This document shows positions 16,829 to 26,362 of a DNA stretch of 64,000 nucleotides, piece by piece. Source of the stretch: an uncultured bacterium (GTDB lineage: Bacteria; Methylomirabilota; Methylomirabilia; Rokubacteriales; DASRDR01); the NCBI GenBank assembly GCA_964463175.1, contig CAYXBJ010000112.1, positions 1,331 through 65,330 on the forward strand. The letters run 5' to 3'. The notes under the pieces were generated by a model. That model ran no database searches. It saw only the letters and a program-made list of their open reading frames with translations, and was not told the origin of the DNA. Both the position numbers and the translations under genes were made by a program. The stretch's first letter is position 1, and every line of letters begins with the position of its first letter.

Positions 16829-18562
16829 CTACCGGGCACGGGTGGCGCGCAGGCGGGCTGTCTCCTCGGGCAGGATCGCCAGCGTCGTCGGATCGAGGGC
16901 GACGCCGTACTCCCGCCGGGCGTACTCGAGCGTGATCTTCTCCTCGAGGACATCCCAGCGGACACGCTCCGGATCGCGCGTCATGGGATCCCCCCAGCCA
17001 CCGGGGCCCGCGTAGACGTGGCGGAAGACGTCGCCGCGCTTGAGCGTCAGGGTGCACTTCGCGGGCAGCTCCCGCGCCGCCGGCGTACCGGGATTCATGA
17101 GGTTCGCGGACGGCGTCCCCGCACGCCCGCCCTGGAGTCCGTACGGGAGATGGTGGCGGCGGTCGGTGCGAAGCTGGAGCGTGCCCTCCGCCTCCTCGAA
17201 GCGGTACTCGCGGATCAGCGCGAGGCCGCCGCGGAAGCGCCCGGCGCCGCCGGAGTCGGCGAGATAGCCGTAGCGCTGGATGCGGATCGGGTACTCGGTC
17301 TCGATCACCTCGATGGGATTGTTCGAGAAGTTCACGACCGTGCTGCTGCAGGCGTCGATCCCGTCCTTCGTCGGCCGCCCGCCCCACGAGCCGAAGAGGA
17401 ACTCCAGGAACACGAACGCCCGCCGCTCGGCGTCGTAGCCGCCGATGCTGACGCCGGTGTCGCCGCCCACCTCGCAGGCGAACACCCGGTCCGGCGCGAC
17501 CTGCGCGAGGGCGCCGAACACCGCGTTGGCGATCCGGAAGCCGGTCAGCCCGCGCGCCGCGACCGACGCCGGCAGCACCGGGTTCACGATCGTCCCCGCC
17601 GGCGCCACGACCTCGATCGGGCGGAAGTAGCCCTCGTTGTTCGGCGGGTCGCCGCCGATCAGGTGGCGGACGCACGCGTACACTGCCGACTTCGTGAACG
17701 GGATCGGCGAGTTGATCGCGCCCTTCACCTGTGGCGCCGAGCCGGTGAAGTCGGCGATCAGGCGGTCGCCGGACACCGTCACCGTGACCACGATGGGAAT
17801 CGGGTCCGGGTCGATGCCGTCGTCGTCGATGTGGTCCGTGAAATGATAGACCCCGTCCGGCATCGCCTTGATGGCGTTCCGAGCCAGGCGCTCCGCCTGA
17901 TTGAGGAGGGCATCGGTGCAGGCGGCGAACGCCTCGCGCCCGTAGCGCTCGAGGAGGGCGAGGTAGCCGCGCTCGCCGGTGAGGCACGCCGCCACCTGCG
18001 AGCGCACGTCGCCCAGCACCTGTCGCGGGACCCGCACGTTCTTGTCGATGAAGTCGAAGACCGCCTCCACCGGCTCGCCGCGGTCCCAGAGGCGCATGGG
18101 CGGGATGCGGAGCCCTTCCTGGAAGATCTCGGTCGCGTCGCAGCCGTTCCCGCCCGGCGTCTTCCCGCCGACGTCCAGCTGGTGCCCGATGCTCACCGAC
18201 CAGCCGACCAGATCGGCCCCGACATAGATCGGCTTCAGGATGTAGAAGTCCGGGAGGTGCGTCCCGCCCTCGAACGGATCGTTCAAGATGAACACGTCGC
18301 CGGGCCGGAGCTTCCCTCGGAACTTCCGCGTCACCGCGGCCATCGCGTCGGGCACCGAGCCGAGGTGGAGCGGGAGCGTCAGCCCCTGGGCGATCAGGCG
18401 CCCCTCGGCGTCGCAGAGCGCGCACGACATGTCCATCGAGTTCTTGAGGTTGTTCGAGTAGGCAGTGCGCACCAGCGCGATCGCCATCTCGTCGACGATC
18501 GCGTCGAGCGCGTTCTTGATCAGCTCGAGCGTGATGGGATCCGACGCGGCCCGGTTCGTCAC
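16829..18562 (-). CDS. N-methylhydantoinase B / hydantoinase B (HyuB, acetone-carboxylase alpha family)
   Basis: DPITLELIKNALDAIVDEMAIAL is the characteristic hydantoinase_B N-terminus. GTG start overlaps the hyuA stop (GTGA). Confidence 0.8.
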   Translation of the reverse strand: MTNRAASDPITLELIKNALDAIVDEMAIALVRTAYSNNLKNSMDMSCALCDAEGRLIAQGLTLPLHLGSVPDAMAAVTRKFRGKLRPGDVFILNDPFEGGTHLPDFYILKPIYVGADLVGWSVSIGHQLDVGGKTPGGNGCDATEIFQEGLRIPPMRLWDRGEPVEAVFDFIDKNVRVPRQVLGDVRSQVAACLTGERGYLALLERYGREAFAACTDALLNQAERLARNAIKAMPDGVYHFTDHIDDDGIDPDPIPIVVTVTVSGDRLIADFTGSAPQVKGAINSPIPFTKSAVYACVRHLIGGDPPNNEGYFRPIEVVAPAGTIVNPVLPASVAARGLTGFRIANAVFGALAQVAPDRVFACEVGGDTGVSIGGYDAERRAFVFLEFLFGSWGGRPTKDGIDACSSTVVNFSNNPIEVIETEYPIRIQRYGYLADSGGAGRFRGGLALIREYRFEEAEGTLQLRTDRRHHLPYGLQGGRAGTPSANLMNPGTPAARELPAKCTLTLKRGDVFRHVYAGPGGWGDPMTRDPERVRWDVLEEKITLEYARREYGVALDPTTLAILPEETARLRATRAR

Positions 18563-20643
18563 GCGCGCCCTCCGGTCGAGATGAGGATGTTGCCATGGTC
18601 GTCCAGGCACGCCGTCGTCCCCGGCGGCACCAGTGTCGTCGCGTCGTACTCGTCGACGAGGAGCGGACCCGGTCGGGGATGCGCGTCGAGGTCCGCCCGC
18701 GCGAGGATGGGCGTCGCGAGCGTCCCGTGCTCGCGCCCGAAGTACGCGCGCCGCGACCCGCCCACTGGCGCCGCACGCTCGCTCGCGAGGCGCACCGCCC
18801 GCCGCGCGGCCGGGCGGACCAGCCGCGCCGTGACCCGGAGGCTCACGACCTGGATCGGATCGCCCGCCGCCGCGTGGCCGTACGTCCGCTCGTGCTCGCG
18901 GGCGAAGGCCGCCGCCAGCCGGTCCACGTCGGCGGCCCCGCGCCAGTCGGTGCCGACGGGAATCGTCAGCTCGAACGACTGACCCTCGTACTTCAGATCG
19001 ACGCCCCGCTCGGTCGCCACCGCCTCGCGGTACCCTTCCGCGCGGAGGAGGGCCTCCGCCTCGCGCTCGAGGGCGCCAAGCGCGGCGGCCACGCCGCCCG
19101 CGGTCTCGGCCGACAGCGGGCGGAGCACGCTCCGGACCAGGTGATGCTCGCTCTCGGCCTCCAGAAGACCGACCGCGCTGAACACCCCCGGCGCGGGCGG
19201 CACCAGCACGGTCCCGATCGCGAGGGAGCGCGCCATCTCCGCGGCGAAGAGCGGCCCGTTGCCGCCGAAGGCCACCAGGGCGAAGTCACGCGCGTCACGC
19301 CCCCGCTCGATGGTCACCGCGCGGACCGCACGGGCCATCCGCACGCAGCCGACGAGGTAGACGCCATGGGCCGCCGCCTGGAGCTCGAGGTCGAGCGGCT
19401 TGGCCACCTGCTCCCCGATCACCTCGCGCGCGCGGGCGGCGTCGAGCGCGAGCCCGCTCGGCAGCCGCTCCGAGTGGAGATAGCCGAGCACGACGTTCGC
19501 GTCGGTCAGCGTCGCGTCCTTCCCGCCCTGCCCGTAGCAGGCCGGCCCGGGGATCGCGCCCGCGCTCCGCGGCCCGACGTGGAGCTGACCGGCGTCGTCC
19601 ACCCGCACGACGCTGCCGCCACCCGCGCCGACCTCCGCAATGTCGATCGCCGGGATCCGCAGCAGGAACCCGCTGCCCCGGTTCAGCCGGCTCCCCTGCG
19701 ACAGCGCACCCCCGATCTCGAACTCGCCGGTGCGCTTGAGCTCCCCGCCTTCGATCACCGAGGCCTTCGCGGTGGTCCCGCCCATGTCGATGCTGATCGC
19801 GTTGGGCCGGCCGATCCGGCGGGCGAGCTCCGCCGTCGCGATCACGCCCGCCGCCGGCCCCGACTCGATCACGTGGACCGGACGGCGCCGGCCGCTGGCT
19901 GCCGTCATGACGCCGCCGTTCGACTGCATCACGAGGATCGGCGCGCGAAGGCCCAGCCCGCGCAGTTCCGTCTCGAGGCTCCCGAGGTAGCGGCTCATCA
20001 CCGGCATGACGTAGGCGTTCGTCACCGCGGTGCTCGTCCGCTCGAACTCCCGCACCTCGGGCAGGATCTCCGAGGACAGTGTCAGGTGCGTGCCGGGCGC
20101 CCGTTCCCGGACGATCTCGGCGGCGGCCTGTTCGTGCGCGTCGTTCGCATAGGCGTGGAGGAACGCGATCGCGATCGCCTCGACGCCCTCGCGCGTGAGC
20201 AGGTCGACGGCGGCCCGGACGCTCTCCGGGTCGAGCGGCGTCAGGACCGTCCCGCCCGGGCCGAGCCGCTCGGTGATCTCGCGCCGCCAGCGGCGCGGCA
20301 CCAGGGGAGCCGGGCGCTCGAAGTCGATGTCGTAGAGCCGCGCCAGCCGGAGGCGGCCGATCTCGAGGAGGTCGCGGAACCCCGCGGTCGTGAGGAGCCC
20401 CGTCCGGGCCCCGCGGCGCTCGAGGATCGCGTTCGTGGCCACGGTCGTGCCGTGGATCAGCTCGTCGACGTCGGCCGCGCCGATCCCGGCCGCCGCCATC
20501 AGCTCGCGCGCGCCTTGGACGATCGCCTGGGCGTAGTCGCCGGTCGAGGAGAGTACCTTGCGGGTCAACGCCCGCCCGTCCGGCCCGACCAGGACCAGAT
20601 CGGTGAACGTGCCGCCGACGTCGACCCCCAGGCGATGGCGCAT
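18559..20643 (-). CDS. N-methylhydantoinase A / hydantoinase A (HyuA)
   Basis: [18 protein letters not shown] is the hydantoinase_A ATPase N-terminus (actin-like fold). 694 aa. Coupled to hyuB. Confidence 0.8.
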   Translation of the reverse strand: MRHRLGVDVGGTFTDLVLVGPDGRALTRKVLSSTGDYAQAIVQGARELMAAAGIGAADVDELIHGTTVATNAILERRGARTGLLTTAGFRDLLEIGRLRLARLYDIDFERPAPLVPRRWRREITERLGPGGTVLTPLDPESVRAAVDLLTREGVEAIAIAFLHAYANDAHEQAAAEIVRERAPGTHLTLSSEILPEVREFERTSTAVTNAYVMPVMSRYLGSLETELRGLGLRAPILVMQSNGGVMTAASGRRRPVHVIESGPAAGVIATAELARRIGRPNAISIDMGGTTAKASVIEGGELKRTGEFEIGGALSQGSRLNRGSGFLLRIPAIDIAEVGAGGGSVVRVDDAGQLHVGPRSAGAIPGPACYGQGGKDATLTDANVVLGYLHSERLPSGLALDAARAREVIGEQVAKPLDLELQAAAHGVYLVGCVRMARAVRAVTIERGRDARDFALVAFGGNGPLFAAEMARSLAIGTVLVPPAPGVFSAVGLLEAESEHHLVRSVLRPLSAETAGGVAAALGALEREAEALLRAEGYREAVATERGVDLKYEGQSFELTIPVGTDWRGAADVDRLAAAFAREHERTYGHAAAGDPIQVVSLRVTARLVRPAARRAVRLASERAAPVGGSRRAYFGREHGTLATPILARADLDAHPRPGPLLVDEYDATTLVPPGTTACLDDHGNILISTGGRA

Positions 20644-20817
20644 CCGGCTCCCCGGGCCGGCCGATCTCGAGGTCGCGCCGGCGCCCAGGCGATTGTAAAC
20701 CGTTCGCTCTGGACGCACGCGGTACACTCGTGGCTTGAATCGCCCGCGCGTGTCAGGCGGTCACGCTGCCGACGGGCGCGGCGGGACGGGTGATCCACGG
20801 GCACGCGAAGGAGTGAC

Positions 20818-21642
20818 ATGAGGACAAGCGCGGTGGTGGCGTTGGCGGGCTGGGCTCTGGTGTCGCCGATGACGAGCCGGGCCGAAGCCCCGCCCTCCGT
20901 CTTCCTCGAGGAGCTGACCTGGACCGAGGTGCGGGACCTGATCCGCGCCGGGGCCACGACCATCATCCTGCCAACCGGCGGCACGGAGCAGAACGGCCCG
21001 CACATGACGCTCGGCAAGCACAACGCCCGCGCGCGAGCCCTGTCGGCGGCGATCGCCCGCGCGCTCGGGAACGCGCTGGTCGCTCCGGTTCTCGCCTACG
21101 TCCCCGAGGGCGGGCTCGCGCCGCCGACCGGGCACATGCGCTACCCGGGCACGATCACGCTCGGCGAGGCGCCCTTCGAGGCCGTGCTCGAGTCCGCGGC
21201 CCGGAGCTTCGCCCTCCACGGATTCCGCGACATCGTCTTCCTCGGGGACAGCGGGGAGAACCAGCGGGGCCAGGAGGCGGTGGCGCGACGCCTGAACCAC
21301 GCCTGGGCCGGAACGGCGATCCGCGTCCACGCGATCGAGGCGTACTACCGGGCGAGCACCGCGGGCGCGAGCGCGCTCTTCCGGAGCCGCGGCTACCAGG
21401 ACAGCGAGCTCGGGCGCCACGCCGGCGCGCTCGACACGTCGCTCGCCCTGGCGGTCGACCCGAGCCTCGTGCGGCAGGACCGCCTGCACGCCGGCCCCTG
21501 GGAGGGTGCGGACGGCGATCCGAGCCGCGCGAGCGCCGAGGTGGGGCGCGCGGCCGTCGATCAGATCGTCGCCCAGACCGTCGAGGCCATCCGGCGTGCG
21601 GTCACGCGGCCCGCCGTCCCGCCGGTCGGCGCGCACCCATGA
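20818..21642 (+). CDS. Creatininase (creatinine amidohydrolase) family protein with N-terminal signal peptide
   Basis: ILPTGGTEQNGPHMTLGKHN and LAYVPEGG blocks are typical of the creatininase / MftE-like fold. Signal-like N-terminus MRTSAVVALAGWALVSPMTSRAEA. RBS AAGGAG upstream. Confidence 0.7.
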   Translation: MRTSAVVALAGWALVSPMTSRAEAPPSVFLEELTWTEVRDLIRAGATTIILPTGGTEQNGPHMTLGKHNARARALSAAIARALGNALVAPVLAYVPEGGLAPPTGHMRYPGTITLGEAPFEAVLESAARSFALHGFRDIVFLGDSGENQRGQEAVARRLNHAWAGTAIRVHAIEAYYRASTAGASALFRSRGYQDSELGRHAGALDTSLALAVDPSLVRQDRLHAGPWEGADGDPSRASAEVGRAAVDQIVAQTVEAIRRAVTRPAVPPVGAHP

Positions 21643-22898
21643 GGCGCGCCCGTAAGCCGGCGCGGGTCACGGGGAGTCCCGGCGGCGTCCCGTGGTCCGT
21701 CGTCGGCGTGCTCCTGGCCGTCGCGGCGGCCGTGTGGGGCGTGGCGCTCTGGTGGCCTCCCCACCCGCGAGTGAGCGCCCAGGCGACGCCGGAGGCCAGC
21801 GCCCCCTCGCCGGCGCTAGCGCCGATCCAGACCCTCCCCGGCATGCCCGCGGTGCCCGACCCGACGAACCTCTACAGCGAGACGGCCGCGGGCCGGCTCA
21901 GCCCGGCCGTCGCCGGCGCGCTCCCCCGCGTGTACGTGCCGAACGTCAAGGGCAACACCGTCACGGTGATCGACCCGACGACCCAGAGCGTGGTCGAGAC
22001 GTTTCCGGTCGGCCTCAATCCCCAGCACGTCGTGCCGTCCTACGACCTCACGGTCCTCTGGGTCGCGAACAATGCCGAGGGCTCGACGAAGGGTAGCCTC
22101 ACGCCCATCGATCCGGCGACGGGCAAGCCGGGACGCGCGGTGCCCGTCGATGACCCCTACAATCTCTACTTCACGCCGGACGGTCGCTCCGCGATCGTCG
22201 TCGCCGAGGCGCTGAAGCGTCTCGACTTCCGCGATCCGCGCACGATGGCCCTCCAGGCGTCGATCCCGGTGCCCGGCTGCGCGGGCGTCAACCACATCGA
22301 CTTCGCGATCGACGGGAAGTTCATGATCGGGACCTGCGAGTTCCAGGGCGGCCTGGTCAAGATCGATCTCGTCGAGCGGACGGTGGTGGGCTACCTCGCG
22401 CTGCCCCACGGCGGGATGCCCCAGGACATCCGGATCTCGCCAGACGGCCAGACCTTCTTCGTCGCGGACATGATGGCCGGCGGCGTCCACCTGGTGGACG
22501 GCGCGCGCTTCGCCGCCATCGGCTTCATCGCGACGGGCACCGGCACCCACGGGCTCTATCCAAGCCGGGACGGGAAGAAGCTCTACGTCGCGAATCGCGG
22601 CTCCCGGCAAATCCGTGGGCGCCCGAAGGGGCCAGGCAGCGTGTCGGTGATCGACTTCGCCACCCGCACGATCGAGGCAACGTGGCCGGTGCCCGGGGGC
22701 GGGAGCCCGGACATGGGCAACGTCAGCGCCGACGGCAGCCAGCTTTGGCTGAGCGGCCGCTTCGACGACGTCGTCTACGTCTTCGACACTCGCACCGGCC
22801 AGGTCACGACGATCCCCGTGGGGAAGGAGCCGCACGGCCTCACGGTGTGGCCGCAGCCGGGCCGCTACTCGCTCGGCCACACCGGCAACATGCGCTGA
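21639..22898 (+). CDS. Membrane-anchored YVTN-family beta-propeller repeat protein
   Basis: Repeated VYVPN / LYVAN / FFVAD 40-residue YVTN-type blades. N-terminal TM anchor. ATGA overlap with creatininase gene. Confidence 0.7.
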   Translation: MRRARKPARVTGSPGGVPWSVVGVLLAVAAAVWGVALWWPPHPRVSAQATPEASAPSPALAPIQTLPGMPAVPDPTNLYSETAAGRLSPAVAGALPRVYVPNVKGNTVTVIDPTTQSVVETFPVGLNPQHVVPSYDLTVLWVANNAEGSTKGSLTPIDPATGKPGRAVPVDDPYNLYFTPDGRSAIVVAEALKRLDFRDPRTMALQASIPVPGCAGVNHIDFAIDGKFMIGTCEFQGGLVKIDLVERTVVGYLALPHGGMPQDIRISPDGQTFFVADMMAGGVHLVDGARFAAIGFIATGTGTHGLYPSRDGKKLYVANRGSRQIRGRPKGPGSVSVIDFATRTIEATWPVPGGGSPDMGNVSADGSQLWLSGRFDDVVYVFDTRTGQVTTIPVGKEPHGLTVWPQPGRYSLGHTGNMR

Positions 22899-22946
22899 GC
22901 CCCGAGCCGTCCCCGACGCGGAGGACGGCTCGGGTCAGTCCGACTC

Positions 22947-23147
22947 TCAGTGCGAGAGTCGCGGCGCAGGCTCCGTTGGCATCATGTAGACCAGCGCAAT
23001 GCCCAGGAGCGTCACGATCGCGCCGCCCACCACGACGTCCAGCTGAGCGATGCGATCCGTCGCGAAACTCAAGAGCCACGGCGTCACGATCAGGACGAGC
23101 CCGATCAGGACGATCAGCCACGAAAGCACTCGGTGTGCACCCATCAC
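22947..23147 (-). CDS. Small membrane protein (TPW motif; SPW-repeat-like)
   Basis: 66 aa, two hydrophobic helices around TPWLL. Weak evidence only. Confidence 0.3.
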   Translation of the reverse strand: MMGAHRVLSWLIVLIGLVLIVTPWLLSFATDRIAQLDVVVGGAIVTLLGIALVYMMPTEPAPRLSH

Positions 23148-23169
23148 GTCCTCCTTGCCGAGCCGATCC

Positions 23170-23409
23170 TCAGGACCGACTCCGGAGGCGAGAGGAGCCG
23201 GCGAGGAGATCGACCACGATGACGACGCCCTGCGCCACGACCGTGATCCCGGTGAGGGCGACCGCGACCGCAGCGACGTGATGCGCCGAGAAGTGGAACT
23301 CCCAGGGCATGCCCACCAGGGCGAGACCGAGTGCCGTGGTGAGCACGCCGACCGCCGTTCCCATGACGAGCCCGGTCGTGACGACCAGCGTCTCCTCGAA
23401 GTTCTTCAT
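23170..23409 (-). CDS. Small membrane protein (MPW motif; SPW-repeat-like)
   Basis: 79 aa from ATG 23407-23409. Helix-MPWEF-helix. Adjacent to and in a different frame from 22947..23147. Confidence 0.3.
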   Translation of the reverse strand: MKNFEETLVVTTGLVMGTAVGVLTTALGLALVGMPWEFHFSAHHVAAVAVALTGITVVAQGVVIVVDLLAGSSRLRSRS

Positions 23410-23606
23410 GGCCCTCTCTGACCCTCCGTTCACAGGATGCGCGGCGGCCGGCCCGCGGACCGTGACTTGAGTCTCGGCCGATCGAGACCGAAGTCATTCC
23501 GTCCCCTGATCGGCGTGACGATGATGGGTTCGTGCGACGGGACAGGGGGGCGACGAGACCGGAGCCGGGGCGGGCCCCGGCTCATCCGGCGGGGCGGGAA
23601 GGCGTC

Positions 23607-24287
23607 CTAGGAGACGCTGGGCAGCCGGCGCCCGCTGTGGCGCTCGAGCTGGGCGCGGTCGAGGATGACCGCGGACCGCGGCTCGAGCCGGATCGCGCCG
23701 CTGCTCTCGAGCTGGCGGAGCGAGCGCGTCGCGACCTCGCGGACGGTGCCGACCATGGCCGCCAGCTCGTTCCGGGTGGGCAGCGTCGCCACCCCGCCGG
23801 GCCCGGCCAGGCGCAGGAGCAGCCCGGCCATCCGCGGGACGACGCCTCGCAGCGACAGATCCCCCGCCAGCCGCGCCATGTCGCGGAGGCGCCCCGCCAG
23901 CATGCGGGACATCTCCAGTCCGATCTGGGGATACTCGTGGACCAGGCTCGTCAGCGCGGCCCGGCCGATGAGAAGCATCACGCTGGCCTCGGTGGCCTGC
24001 GCGTTCGCGATGGCGGGCTCGCCGTCGAGCGCGGACGCCTCGTTGATCGACTCGCCGACCGCCGCGTGGAAGAGCTCCTGCTCACGCCCGTCAGGCGACA
24101 TCTTGAACACGCGGATCTGCCCGGAGGCGACCACGTAGAGGCCCGGCGCCGGCTCGCCTTCCAGGTAGATCAGCGAGCCCTTTTCGTAGACGCGGATGAC
24201 GGTGCGGCGCGTGACCGCGCTCAGACTGTCCGGATCGAGACCCGCGAAGAACGGGTGCCGCCCGAGCACGTCCACGACGTCCACCAT
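23607..24287 (-). CDS. Crp/Fnr family transcriptional regulator
   Basis: cNMP-binding beta-roll (GEPAPGLYVVASGQIRV...) plus C-terminal HTH (RNELAAMVGTVREVATRSLRQLE). Confidence 0.8.
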   Translation of the reverse strand: MVDVVDVLGRHPFFAGLDPDSLSAVTRRTVIRVYEKGSLIYLEGEPAPGLYVVASGQIRVFKMSPDGREQELFHAAVGESINEASALDGEPAIANAQATEASVMLLIGRAALTSLVHEYPQIGLEMSRMLAGRLRDMARLAGDLSLRGVVPRMAGLLLRLAGPGGVATLPTRNELAAMVGTVREVATRSLRQLESSGAIRLEPRSAVILDRAQLERHSGRRLPSVS

Positions 24288-24440
24288 GCTGTCGCCCGGG
24301 GCGCGAAAAGAGCGCTCCCGTATCCGATTCTAGCACCGCGTGCCGCGGCGCCGGCGCGCCCGGCCCGGTCCATGGGTCATCATGTGCCCGTCATGCGATG
24401 CTCCGGTGCTCCACCCGGAGCGAAGCCGGGTGACTGAGCG

Positions 24441-24881
24441 ATGAGCGCCCCTCACGAGCGCGCCGCCACGCTGGAGGCCTTCGGCGCCCCGGTGACGCGC
24501 GCGACCGCCGTGCTCGTCTCGCAGAACCCGGGACAGCGCCTCTTCCGCGCGATCGCCATCCTCGTGGGCTGCTGGGCCGCTGCCATCGCGTCGGTCTTCA
24601 TCCCGGTCGCGCACTTCTTCCTGGTCCCCGGCTTCGTCGTGCTCGGCGTGGCACTCGCGGTCTTCCGCAGTCGGGAGCGGGAGCGCCTCCTCGGCGTGCA
24701 CGGCGTGTGCCCGCGCTGCGGTCGAGAGCGGGAGCTCGGGCGCGGCGACCGGCAGGGCGGCCAGACCTGGGTCACCTGCCCCGCGTGCTTCACGCGCCTG
24801 CTCGTCACGATCGGGTCGCGGGACCCGTCCGGGGCCACCCCCGTGGCGCCGCCACCGGCGCCCGCCGCGACCGCCCGATGA
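24441..24881 (+). CDS. Hypothetical membrane protein with C-terminal CxxC...CxxC zinc-ribbon
   Basis: Two predicted TM helices followed by CPRCG...CPAC. ATGA-coupled to the next ORF. Confidence 0.45.
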   Translation: MSAPHERAATLEAFGAPVTRATAVLVSQNPGQRLFRAIAILVGCWAAAIASVFIPVAHFFLVPGFVVLGVALAVFRSRERERLLGVHGVCPRCGRERELGRGDRQGGQTWVTCPACFTRLLVTIGSRDPSGATPVAPPPAPAATAR

Positions 24882-25336
24882 GCCCGGTCCGCGCCGACCT
24901 GAACGCGCTGCTCGAGACCGAGCAGGAAGCCACGGCAGCCCTGAACGGTCTGGGCAACGTCGGCACGGCGCCGGAGGCGCAAGCGTGTCTCGACGAGCTG
25001 CGCTTCTCCATGCGCTGGTTCTGCTCCGGCCTGGCGAAGCACGTGCGGCGCTCGACCCGGGGCCACGCGCCGAGATCCGAGCCCGGCATCGCGGCCCCGG
25101 TGAGCAATCGACTGATCGCGGCGCCCACCGGCGTCGATCGCATCCGGCTCCTCACCCAGACGCAGCGATCGGTGCTGGTGCGCGTCGAGAGCGTGCTCGC
25201 CAGCAGCCTGGCGCCGGATCTCCGGTCGTTCCTCGAGCAGGCGCGCGCGGTGCTCGCCCAAAGCGTCCATTGCTGCGAGCAGGCAATCGCGTCGCTCGAC
25301 AGGCAGCGGGAGGTTCCTCTCGACCCGGACTCCTGA
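24878..25336 (+). CDS. Hypothetical protein, translationally coupled partner of the zinc-ribbon membrane protein
   Basis: ATG 24878 overlaps the upstream stop (ATGA). 152 aa, helical, no recognised domain. Confidence 0.4.
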   Translation: MSPVRADLNALLETEQEATAALNGLGNVGTAPEAQACLDELRFSMRWFCSGLAKHVRRSTRGHAPRSEPGIAAPVSNRLIAAPTGVDRIRLLTQTQRSVLVRVESVLASSLAPDLRSFLEQARAVLAQSVHCCEQAIASLDRQREVPLDPDS

Positions 25337-25389
25337 TCGTCAGGGCATCGGGCCGGCGCGGGTGGCCGCGCCGGCCCCGGCTCCCGCCC

Positions 25390-26112
25390 TCAGCTCTTGG
25401 CCGCGAGGTCGAAGCGGAGCTTCACCTCCTGCCCGGGCTTCACGTCGACCTCCTTGGTCTGCGTGCCCAGCACCGGGTGCCACACCTCGACTTTGTGCTT
25501 CCCGGCCGGCACGTTCTCGAGCCGGAACTCGCCCTTGGCCCCGGTGAGGGTCGCGGGGTGGTCCGTCACGAAGAGCCAGCCCTGCATCCAGCTGTGGACG
25601 TCGCACTGGAGCTTGATGACCTCGGGCTTCGAGATCTCCTCGGTGATGACCTTCTTGAACTTCGGCTGGGCCTGGTTGAAGGGGCGGTTCGCCGTCGACG
25701 TGCTGTGGATGTTGTGGAGGATGCCGTCGGAGTTGAGGATGTCGAGCTCACCCGGCGCCATGATCAGGACGTCGGGGTGGAACTCGCATCCTTTCTGGTC
25801 GAGCGTGCTCTTGGCCCCACCGGGCGCGCCCTTCACGTCGGGCAGCGAGACGACGGCGTCCTGGAGCCCGTGCTCGGCGCCGACCGCCACCGCGGCGATC
25901 TTCTTCTCGGATCCGCAGACCTGCGGATCCTTGTTGACCGTGATCGTCTTCGGCGCCGGCGGGGTGCCGGTGACCGTCACCTCGCCCACGATGGTGCCGC
26001 CGCCCTGGGCGCCGGCCCGGGTCCCGAGGCCGACGACGGCGGCGCTGGCGAGGAGCGCGAGCGTCAGCGCACCCAGCCCCGTTAGCGAGAAGATCCCTCG
26101 TCCGTGTCGCAT
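25390..26112 (-). CDS. Secreted protein with C-terminal cupredoxin-like (type-1 copper) site
   Basis: Signal peptide. Ligand spacing H(NIH)...C-DV-H-SW-M (Cys-x2-His-x2-Met), typical of blue-copper sites. Confidence 0.5.
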   Translation of the reverse strand: MRHGRGIFSLTGLGALTLALLASAAVVGLGTRAGAQGGGTIVGEVTVTGTPPAPKTITVNKDPQVCGSEKKIAAVAVGAEHGLQDAVVSLPDVKGAPGGAKSTLDQKGCEFHPDVLIMAPGELDILNSDGILHNIHSTSTANRPFNQAQPKFKKVITEEISKPEVIKLQCDVHSWMQGWLFVTDHPATLTGAKGEFRLENVPAGKHKVEVWHPVLGTQTKEVDVKPGQEVKLRFDLAAKS

Positions 26113-26362
26113 GGCTTGCCCTCCGCTCTCGCGCGCGTCTCACAGCTGGTCCCGCTCGATGAGCCCACGATGCCACTGTCCGCGCGGGTCGATGGAGAGC
26201 GCCGTGACTTTGGTCACAGCGGCGGGAGTTGGCGGGGTGGCCGGCGGGGCCGCGCCCGGCATGTGTCGGGGATTGCCCCGCGTCGACCGGGCGCATGCTC
26301 GAACAGCGGCCACTTCGCGACCTCGGCGGAGCCTCGGCCCGGCGCGATCCGCCCGGTCGTCG

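Noticed and set aside
16703-18982. 759-aa plus-strand and 679-aa minus-strand alternative ORFs across the hydantoinase B gene
   Set aside because: Low-complexity Arg/Gly/Asp-rich translations. The hydantoinase_B frame gives a canonical family sequence.
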